Assembly: GCF_038025025.1 (NCBI RefSeq)
Contig: NW_027117347.1
Span: 1,054,001 to 1,118,000, forward strand
Length of the DNA stretch: 64,000 nt
DNA from: Phyllosticta citribraziliensis
Taxonomy: Eukaryota
Direction: 5' to 3'
A program made the translations under genes and the position numbers. The notes under the pieces were generated by a model. It was not told the DNA's origin and searched no databases. It saw only the letters and a program-made list of their open reading frames with translations. Of the stretch, positions 37,801 through 47,518 are shown one piece after another (within the stretch, counting starts at the first letter, position 1; the number at the start of each line of letters is the position of its first letter).

Positions 37801-40800
37801 GAATACCCCGAAGCGATCGAGCCGTTGCGTTGTGTTGAGGGAGTTCCGACAGTGAGGAGACCCGAGTTTCCGCTTGGTCTTCTTTCGTCGAATTTGTTCA
37901 GTTCCTCGTAGCCTGGACTTGCCGAATATTGGCTGTTGGCGCCTGGGGTGCTCGCTGGTGTTCCATCGACCTGCTGAGGCTCTGCTTGGAATTCGGGTTT
38001 CGGTGGTGCCGGCTTCGGGAATGTGTCCAAGACGTTGGAGGACACATTGAGCGTCTCCAATCTTCTCGCATACCAAATCTCTTGAGGGAGCGCGTTCAAG
38101 TTATTTTCTCTCACGTCCAGGTATCGCAGCTCGAGAAGTCGTCCAACCTCTGCAGGCAGGCGGTCGATGTTGTTCCGCGCCAAACTCAAATGCTCCAGCT
38201 TGGAGAGCTTTCCAATCTGGGTAGAGAGGGAAACAAAGTGGTTCTTGTCAAGGATGAGCTTCGTCAGACCGGGAATTTTTTGGAAAAGATCGTCTGGCAA
38301 CTGTGCTAATTTGGCCGATGCCAGATTCAAGACGAGCATGGTGGGTACAACGTCAGTCAGGCCGAATCGGGTGACGGGGTTGTGGTTGAGGTGCAAAACT
38401 CGGATTGTCGGGAAAGAGCCTTCGAATGCGGAGATGGAGTTGTGGCCGATCATCAAGTATTCAAGTTTCGGCAGCCGGGACATGATGTCAATGTTGTCAA
38501 TTGCGTTGAATCGCACATCAATCTCCCGCAAACTGAGGAGATTCTGCAAGTCTTCTGGAAAGCCGGCTAGCTTGTTGTTGGTGGCCCAAAGCCTCTCCAA
38601 GTTGGTCAACTGCCCAATCTTGGGAAGGCTGGAAATGGAGTTGAAGCTGATGTCCAAGTCAACCAGCGTTTCGATGCCGCAAAGGAAGTCGGGGAATTCT
38701 TTGAGGGAGTTGGATGAGAGGTTCAAACTGCGCAGCGCGCGATAAGAACCAAAGTATTTCGGCAGGTGAGTAAGTTTGTTGTTTGACAGGCGCAGACTAA
38801 GAAGACCATGGAGCTTCCAGAGTTCTGCGTGCTCCAGTTGTTCCAAACGATTATTTGAAATATCGAGCATGGTCAAACGGCTTGCCAAACTAAGGCTTGG
38901 CGGTAATCGCCAGGCTTCGTTACTGGTGTATTTGATCTCCCGCAAGTTTGTACAGGCTTGGATGAAATCCTTGGGTATGTCCAGAGACAAGTTCCTAGAA
39001 AGGTTGAGCGAGATGATTTCAGTCGCTTTTTGGTAGAGGGTGATTGGAATGGTGATTAGGTTGCGGCCTTGGAGGTCAATGTGGCTGAACTTTTGCATCT
39101 TACTGAACCCGGGGTCTTTTTCCAGACTGCTGTAGCCGCTCATCTTGGAGGGCAGGAAAGTAAAGCGGCAGAGGTAGGAATTGTCCTCCCGTCCAACGTC
39201 TTCGAGTCGATCGGCCTCGGTGTATCCGGCCTGCTCCAAGAGCCGTCTCTGGATGACGAGGGGCCGTTCGTTTGGTTCGAGTTGCCGAGACGTGTCATGC
39301 TTCCTCATGACAATGTGGTAATTGCCCAATTCGTCTTGCAGCAAGGACTTTTTGCCCAAAATTTGGATGATTTCGGTAACTGTGGTGTTCAGCGGAACAG
39401 AAAGAACGGCAAAGGTGGAATCCACGCGGAATATTCGAACACAATAGGGCGGTCCCTGATGCACCTCTTCCTTGGCAGGATTGCCATGGTCGTCGAGCTC
39501 TTGTAATCGAGTAACGTTGTCATCTCCAGCTCGTCTGACTGCCCAAGAATCTGGTGCGTCCCAGGTACCCTGATACGTGTCGGGTTCCTTCTTTTCCGGA
39601 GGATTGTCGTCTGGCCAGCCAGTGTAAATCTCTCCCATCGGGGGGGTCATCGGCGGTTGCGTCGGGTTCACTATTCCTTCCATGTGAGACAAGTCGGTGT
39701 CTAGGTTCCAAATCGCGCCGTGGCCTGTCGCGTCGACTTCGGCGGTGTTCGGATCTTTACCTGGCGGCGTCTGATAGACATTTCCTTGGCCTCTCTTTGG
39801 TTTGCTGGAGAATGGTATTCTGCTTGCTCCATCCTTCTTTCCAGGTTGCCAGACTCCGGCGGGTGCTTGAGCAGCAGTTTTCCCCTTGGCGTCCATTCGG
39901 ACTTGATCTGTTTTGGTGGGGTCATTAGATTTCATCGCTTGTTGTAGGGATACGGCGGAAACCGGCAAATTCCTCAGACCTTCTAAGGACCTGTCGGCCT
40001 TGTCCTTGCGGCGTAGTTTGTCGAAAAGCGACCGTTTCTCCTTTGCTATCTGGGCTCCTGGTGAGCGGGAACCAAGCGGCTCCTTGCCCTGGTTGCTCTT
40101 CATGCTTCCGGTCGGACTCGCTGCTCGAGGGACCAAGGCAGCGCTCGAATTCATTGCAGATGCCAATCCGGCACGGATGCTGTAGTCCTGGCGGCCCCGA
40201 GTGGTGGATGCCTCATCTCGACTCGCGACGGGGCGCAAAGGCATGCCATACGCCTGTTCTGTCACCTTTGACTCGTCGTTACTCCGGTGATGCCTGTGGC
40301 CATGGAAGGGTATCTTGTGGGAATGGGATGATTTGCCAGATCGGATGGACTGGAGATCTGCCCCCTGTGTGGAAGGCGTGTCCTAGTCAAGAATATATCA
40401 GTTTACCAGCCACGACAACTTCCAAAAGCGTGTGAAGCAAAAGCGCGTGCAGAGCAGGTGCGACTTGGACAAAGGATATGACTTGCATCAACCTGCAAGA
40501 CATGTAGACTTCTCTCACACAACCACTCCCCATTCGGCCAGCCGGAAGAAATCAAAGAAAACCAGCCCTGGACTCGGAACCTCCTCCGAACAGTAAAAAT
40601 GCAGCGGACGCTCACCTTGGATTCGTGATATTCCCACGGAACGACTTCGTGAGTGCCCCCGGGTGTCCGAGGCCGCGAGCTCGCGCGCGAGCCAGGCCTG
40701 CTACCGATGCTGCTTCTATGAGTGTTGTGCAGCGAATTGTTCCGATTCCTCTGTCGATCGGGTAGACTGCTCTCCGAGTTTTGACGCGAGTCGTAGCCAT

Positions 40801-41805
40801 TGAACTCCTCCCCGAAGAAGCCTTGGAGCTTCTTGTGAAAACCCCGACCAATGCTCGACTTTGAACCCGAACTGCTAATTGTGGTTGCGCTGGCGACAGA
40901 AGGGCGCCTGTCCTCCCCAGGAGATCCGTTGTCCTCTGTCTTGCCGCTGCCAGGTCGGAAGCTCGGCGACAGCTGCGAGACGTCCTCGTTGGAGTCGTAG
41001 AAGAAGCTCCGAGCGAAAACGCCTTCCCCCATGTCTCCAGGACTGGAACCGTTGGCTTTGGACCACGGCGGAGTCGAGGCGGTAGCCGAGGGAGGCACCC
41101 GGGATATGGACGGCACGCCGTTGCCTGCTTGCTCGAGGACGGCCAGGTCTTTGCGATAGTTGCTAAAATCGGCCGCCCTACGACGTTCCCATGGCGCGAG
41201 ACCTGGCCCTTTGTGCTGCTGGAAGTCCGGAGTTCTGAACTCGGGGGATGTGGCGGTGCCCGGCGAAATATCGTTATCCTTGTCTTCGTCGTCGTCGTTT
41301 TCCCTAACAGGAGCGAGGAGTCAGCAGATTGCGACAGAATCACAAGCAAGAGCAGCGAATGTGGTGTGGGGGAGCTTGTCGAGGCACGTGTAGAAGACCG
41401 CATCCGCTTGCGCCGGGTCAGGCTCGCCGTCGACGGCAGGCCGCTCGCAGGACGGGACTCGGGCAGGCGGATCCGGAGCTTGTCTGGTGTCTTGAGGGAT
41501 TGAAAGCGCGAGACACGGGGAGCACATGCGGCGCGCGAAGCGACGACGGAGACGGCCAGCACGGCGCCAACTGTCAGACACGACATTTTCGAAGGCGAGG
41601 CTCTGACACGGCGCTGTGCAGGTCGGACAAAGAGGGCAGATGGCGCGAACCTTGAATGCTTGTCCGTCTTGACGTTCATGCCCACGATTCCAGCGCGGCG
41701 TCGACTGGTGAGACTGTTTGCCCTCACAGTGTCCTGCGACCGCCAGCTTTCGGCACCAGAGCTTTCGGTCGATCCATGGCGTTCAGCGGACTCCTTTCTC
41801 GTCAT
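34888..41805 (-). CDS. CYR1: Class III adenylate cyclase (RA domain, LRRs, PP2C-like, catalytic domain)
   Basis: Exons 41805-41651, 41303-40616, 40382-35112, 35058-34888; splice phases are consistent. FSNYRKDLAVLE; RA domain VRIFRVDSTFA; extensive LRRs; PP2C-like LYVANVGD; catalytic VFTDIKNST...YEVKTEGDAFMV...RMGIHWG...DYFGPMVNRASRI. Confidence 0.97.
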
Positions 41806-42137
41806 TGTCGTGCTCAGGGCCGGTCAAGTTGTCAGGTGGTGCTTTCAGCGGCCGAAACCTTGGCCGAAAGCAGGTACGGATCGTGCATCGACCGGGCGGC
41901 GCGGTAGGCGGGAAGGGAGATGGATGGAGGAGGATTCTCGGACGGGAGGTGGGGACTTGGGAGGGGGCTGCGTCAAGTCAGGCACGGGCGGCCGCTGCGA
42001 GTTATGCGATGAATGGATGGAGAAGATGGTCGGGGCGGAGAGGGAGAGGTGGTGGTGGTTGTTAGAGGGAGAAGGGCAGTCAGTCTAAGCCCACCTATAC
42101 GGCCGACGGAACCACCCGCCCAGGTCACGGAAGACGA

Positions 42138-42140
42138 GGG

Positions 42141-42176
<36 letters not shown>

Positions 42177-42180
42177 GGGG
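42138..42180 (+). repeat. Poly-G tract (G32 core at 42144-42175)
   Basis: Read directly. Confidence 0.9.
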
Positions 42181-42335
42181 AGCACTGGGATGCTGCCAAC
42201 AGCTGCTAGGTGCTTGAGGAGGGCTTGGGGTGGTCGAGAATCTACCTGACCGTGAGTGAGGTGTGTGCACTCGGCCTGCTTCCTTAGGTTGGGAGATGGA
42301 CTCGTGCTGCTGCTGTGTCTGGTCTGAGCACCAGC

Positions 42336-42389
42336 GGGCAGGGCAGCCCAGGGCAGGGCAGGGCAGGGCAGGGCAGGGCAGGGCAGGGC
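42336..42389 (+). repeat. (GGGCA)n pentanucleotide repeat
   Basis: Two units, one GCCCA interruption, then seven full units plus GGGC. Confidence 0.9.
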
Positions 42390-42826
42390 GATCTCTCTGG
42401 ACGGCTCACATTGGCGGCTACGCGCTGAGTAAGCGGTAAAGGTACAAAACACGATTTGTTCACTCTGTCTGTCTCTCGCACTCGGTCAAGGTCGTCGTCG
42501 TCGTCGTCGTCGTCGGTCATCGCGGCCCCCAAAGGCATTCAGCATCAATCTTTCCCGTCGCTCATTTGTCGCGACGATCAAACCCCCCCGAAAACGAGTA
42601 GCGCCAGACGCTTTGCCGTCTCATCGTCTTGCCCACTGAAACGAGCACCTGCCCAGAGCCTGGCCATAGCTGCGTGCGATTTACAGGGGCCGTCGGCGCA
42701 TCCCATCGCTTCTTCATGCTCACGTCGCAGGCCACGACGGCTGATTAGACGAGAGAAATCAAAACCAGAAAACACGCCTCCAAACGCCCTGCCCATGGCA
42801 TGGCGTGTTTGTCCGCCCTTCCAATA

Positions 42827-43209
42827 TTACGTCTTCTTGCTCTGCTCCGTCTCTTTGTTCCAGCCAAGCCGACTCTTGTATGCCGGAAACGACGTGAGGC
42901 CCCACGCTTTGACGAGGTACGACTGCGTCTTGTCCGCATAGTCTTCGGTGCTGCGCTGCTTGACGCCGACCTTCATGCCGTCCTTGGTAAACGTGACATT
43001 CTTCTTCTCCATCTTGCGACGGCCGCGGTCGGCGAGCTCGTTGGCGTAGAGGTAGATCTGCTGCCGTCAATCGCCATGATCGATACAGGGGACGTGGTGG
43101 AGAGGCCGAGGGTCAGTGCGATCAGGGTCTGGTCACGTACCTGGAAGCCAATGTAGGCCAGAAGGACGATCAAGGCCGCGAGGATGAGCAACGGGAGAAA
43201 CGAGGCCAT
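42827..43209 (-). CDS. Small (99 aa) single-pass membrane protein of unknown function
   Basis: Exons 43209-43141 and 43057-42827 (GTACGT donor, CAG acceptor) give MASFLPLLILAALIVLLAYIGFQ-IYLYANELADRGRRKMEKKNVTFTKDGMKVGVK...YLVKAWG...; strong AAAATGG start context and coding-like codon bias. Confidence 0.8.
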
Positions 43210-43969
43210 TTTTTGGACAGACTGCACGGTCAAGGGCGATGTTGCGCGCTTTGCAGACGGATGGGAGGCACGAGCGACGGGGCGAAGAGGGCGGAGTGGA
43301 GCTGAGGATGCCGGAGCGTGGTTAAGTCGGCGACTGAGCGGGACATGCAAACAGTCCGCACGCTACACCACGCAACCCAGGGTCGTCCCCGTCGCCCCCT
43401 CTCCCTCCCGCCTCCCGCTCGATCGACGAAACGCGCCTTGGCGGGTAGCCATTCGCTCTGCCACAGCCTGCCTGCACTCTGTCCCTTGCCGGTCTTCCCC
43501 GGCGCCCGTTCTCCATCGCTACGACTTCACCTGCTCTGTCTTGAAGCCGAATGGAACCTGGCTCCGTCTCACTCGAATGTTTCGTGGCCCTTGCGTCTCG
43601 AGCCTGGGAGACGCTGACGACTACGTCCGCCCTCCGCTTCGAATCCAGTCCGGATGAAAGCCTCAAACTCAAGTCTACTCAAGGGAGGGCGTTTTCTCTT
43701 CCAAGGCTACTCGTAGCGAGCTGGGCGATTCAGCCCCCAGCGCGTTTCGCAATCTGGAATTCGCATGGCCGAACCAAACCTCGACACAGCCGGGCGCCGG
43801 CTTACTAACTCGTTAACCGTTTAATTCACCCCGGACAAAGGAATCCAACTTGGTGTAACCAAGCCTCGCATCCCGTCCCTCCCGTCCCTCGCATGACGTA
43901 CCTTGTCCGGACGGGCAGCCACCTGGAGCCACAGGAGCTGTCTCGACAGTCAAGCCCACCCACCCGCCT

Positions 43970-44896
43970 CTACGCCGTCTTTGCGGCATCAAGCACCGCC
44001 TTCGTCTTTCTGTCCCTGTTCCCGACATCAACCTTGCCATATGCTTCTCGCGCTTGCTGGCTGATTTTCTGCTCCCACTCTTCTCCAACATTGACCTGCC
44101 CAGCGTCCTGCCAACAGTCTTGCACTGTCCCACCAATGTTCTTGAAGAACCCCTCCAAGCCCCCCGCCCCGCCACCAACGTGGTAGCTCTTGAACGGGCC
44201 AGCCACAGCCCACCGCGGTCCCATGCTCGTTTCAACAATCTTGTCCATCTCTTCCACATTGACCACGCCCTCGTTCACCAGGTGCACTGCCTCTCGGAGC
44301 AGCGCAAATGCGAGCCTGTTCGCCACAAAGCCCTTGCACTCTTTCTTCAAGACGACGGGCTCCCTCTGCCGGACTCGCCAAAACGACACGGTCCTCTCCA
44401 CTGTTTCGGAGCTCGTTCTCGCTCCGAGCACCACCTCGAGCAACGGCATGACATGCGGCGGGTTGTACGGATGGACCACGAGGAGTCGTGCTGCCGCCGC
44501 GTCGTCCAGGCCTGCTGCCTCGGCTTGGCTGGTCGCGGTTATGCCAGACGTGCTGCTCCAGAACAGCGCGTCTGGCCGTGCGTGCTCGACCACTTCTTTC
44601 CACACGGCAGCCTTGAATGCCAAGTTCTCCGGGCCCTGCTCCTGTATTACGTCTGCGTCGCGAATGGCCTCGCCAAGGGACCCCGAAAGGCGGATAGATG
44701 GGACAAGTCCATGGAGAGCGGGAGCAAGGTACTTGGGTAAAGTCGATTTGACGTATTCCTCGAGGTCGGGGCGCGTGTCGATGATGGTGAGTTGCGTCGG
44801 AGAAGCGAGGTGAGCCAAGTGTAAGGCCGCAAAGGACAGACCAATTGTGCCCGCGCCGACGAGGGTGATGCGACTTTCCGAGTCAGGTATTGACAT
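43970..44896 (-). CDS. 3-hydroxyacyl-CoA dehydrogenase family protein (L-carnitine dehydrogenase / lambda-crystallin-like), intronless
   Basis: Rossmann motif GAGTIG, IQEQGPEN..FK, SSTSG, catalytic HPYNPP..MPLLEVV, GFVANRL and MGPRWAVAGPFKSYHVGGGAGG. Confidence 0.9.
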   Translation of the reverse strand: MSIPDSESRITLVGAGTIGLSFAALHLAHLASPTQLTIIDTRPDLEEYVKSTLPKYLAPALHGLVPSIRLSGSLGEAIRDADVIQEQGPENLAFKAAVWKEVVEHARPDALFWSSTSGITATSQAEAAGLDDAAAARLLVVHPYNPPHVMPLLEVVLGARTSSETVERTVSFWRVRQREPVVLKKECKGFVANRLAFALLREAVHLVNEGVVNVEEMDKIVETSMGPRWAVAGPFKSYHVGGGAGGLEGFFKNIGGTVQDCWQDAGQVNVGEEWEQKISQQAREAYGKVDVGNRDRKTKAVLDAAKTA

Positions 44897-45254
44897 GACT
44901 TTGTGCTCGGCTCTTTTTTTTTTTTTTTGACTATGTCGGCAGTGTTTATCTTCTTGAAGCTCCAGGCGTGAAAGATGAGTGATCAAGTTCCCTTTCCTGG
45001 ATGGAGCTGACGCCGATTGGATGCCATCAGCCTGGGGCAAGCTACCCCTCCCACCCAATCCCGACTCGGAAACACGCTTCCTCCTCCACAATTGGCCGTG
45101 AAGCTCAGGGTTGATTAGTTTAGGGACGGGTACTACTGTCCATGACTGCGATTACCTTTAATGCTACAGCAGCTTGGTTACTTTTTCTCTCTGCTTTGCT
45201 CCTGTCTTTCCACGTGCTTTCGCCGAATCTGAACTATCTCGGCATGTCTTCCCT

Positions 45255-45262
45255 TATATAAA
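45255..45262 (+). promoter_or_regulatory. TATA box (TATATAAA) upstream of the acyl-CoA ligase
   Basis: Consensus TATAWAW about 50 nt before the ATG at 45311. Confidence 0.6.
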
Positions 45263-45310
45263 CTCGACTTGCTGCACTGGATCTTTACCAGACATGCAGA
45301 AGTTTACACA

Positions 45311-47208
45311 ATGGTGATATTCAAATCATTGAATCCAGAAATTCACGGTACGCTACAGTCTCTGCCAGCTAGCTTGAAAGTCCTCCATCTGACGTATGAC
45401 ACAGTCCCCAGCGACATCACTGTATGGGAATGGCTCTTTGCCTCGCCTGACTCTCCCATCTCGAAAAATCCAGAATCAGAGCTCGCCGGCTACCAAGATG
45501 CAACTACCGGCGCGCGCCTCAATTGGGCCGAGGTCAAATCCGCCTCCACGCACCTCAGCACTGCACTGGTGAGAAAATACGGTCTTCAAGCCGGCCAGAC
45601 AGTGTCCATTTTCTCCCAGAACAGCATATGGTATCCCGTAGCCATGCACGCTGCTTTGAGGGTCGGCGCCATCATGTCTGGAGCCAGTCCAGCCTACAAT
45701 GCTGAAGAGATGGCGTACGCCCTCAAGTTGAGCAAAGCCAGGATTCTGATGACGAGTTCCGCGAGCATTCAGGTCGCAGTCAAGGCCGCTGACGCGGCAG
45801 GGCTTGGTCGAGAGAACGTGTTTCTCGTAGAGGGGAAGGTTGACGGGTTTAAGACCGTTCAGGAGTTGATTGAAGTAGGCAAGAGCTACGGAAATGATGG
45901 CCAGGTCGAGGTGTTCAAGATTCCTCGTGGCGAGGATAACGGCACCGTTTGTGGATATTTGAGCTTCAGTTCAGGCACAACAGGATTGCCAAAAGCTGTA
46001 AGTCACCCCCGATTGCAAAGAAGAGAACTTGAAGGATGTGGAAAAGAGGGGTAGGCCCGAATCCCAGCTTACTTGACGGGTCACAGGTCATGATATCGCA
46101 CCAAAACATGATCGCTCAATGCATTCAAATCGCCCAGCTCACAGATCACACCCACAAAAGAATCCTCGGCGTGCTACCATCCTTCCACATCATGGGGCTC
46201 GGACACATCCTGCACCTCCCCATCCTCACCAACGCCGAAGTGCTCTTCCTGCCAGCCTTCAGCCTGCCCGGCATGCTCGCCACCATCGCCGCGCACCGCA
46301 TCAGCGAGCTGATCCTCGTGCCGCCCATCATCATCCTGCTGGCGCGCAACCCGGCGCTGCTAGCGCGCTACGACCTCTCCTGCGTCAAGACCTTCTCGTC
46401 GGGCGCCGCGCCGCTGTCGCCAGAGGTGCTGGCCCTGCTGCAGCAGCGCTTTCCCGGCTGCGGCTTTAAGCAGGGTTATGGCTTGACTGAGACGACTGGC
46501 TGTATTACTGCGCACCCGCCGCATCTGACGGATTTTGCCTACGCTCACACTGTCGGGAAGATCGTCGCCGGGACCGAGGTCAAGATCGTGCGCAGCGTCG
46601 ACGACGACGACGATGACAAAGGCACCGCCACTGGAGAGCACGAAGTAGACAGCGACGACGAGGGCCTAGGCGTCGACCAGCCCGGCGAGATCTGGGCCCG
46701 CGGCCCGCAAATCACCATGGGCTACCTGGACAACGCGGCCGCAACAGCGTCGACGTTTGCCCACGGCGGGTGGCTGCGCACGGGCGACCAGGGCATCGTC
46801 GACGCACGCGGCTTCGTCACGGTGCTCGACCGCATCAAGGAGATGATCAAGGTCAAGGGCATCGCCGTGGCGCCGGCGGAGCTCGAGGACCTGCTGCTGG
46901 GCCACCCGCGCGTCGACGACGTCGCCGTCATGGCCGTGCCCGCCGCCGACGACTATACGGGCGAGCGCCCCAAGGCGTTTGTCGTCCTTGCGGCGGGCGT
47001 CGAGCCGGCGCGCGGCGTGGGTGTGGAGTTGTTGGAGTATGTGAGGCAGCGCAAGGTGAGGCATAAGCATTTGGGCGAGATTGAGTTTGTGGAGCAGATC
47101 CCTAAGAGTGCTAGTGGGAAGATTTTGAGGCGGGTTTTGAAGAATAGGCCGCAGGGTGTCAGAGGGCTTGTGGTTAAGGACACGGATACAGATAAAGCCA
47201 TGCTCTAG
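45311..47208 (+). CDS. 4-coumarate/phenylacetate-CoA ligase-like AMP-binding enzyme
   Basis: Exons 45311-45347, 45405-45997, 46087-47208. FSSGTTGLPKAVMISH, QGYGLTE, GEIWARGP, WLRTGD, DRIKEMIKVKG..VAPAELE and IPKSASGKILRR. Confidence 0.93.
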
Positions 47209-47518
47209 GATGTATTTTGACTGGGTGGCAGTAGAGGCGGGCTTGGGGAATCGTCTGAACCGGAAGGCCAGGTCAATTGTTTGCTGCACAAGTACTTACA
47301 TGGCTCATGAGAGTGCATGACGACAACAATGTCAACTTTTGGGAAACCTTTGCCATTTTGATTTCTCTATGTTGTGATTCCCACGTCGACAAGTCCCCGT
47401 GAGAGGACAGACATGATCTATTCTTTTAGAAGGTCGCAAAACCAAAAGGCCCACCGACAAATGTTCCAAGCGCGAAAGAACCGCCAAGCCTCGGCTTGAA
47501 AAGACGAGAGTCCAGGCT

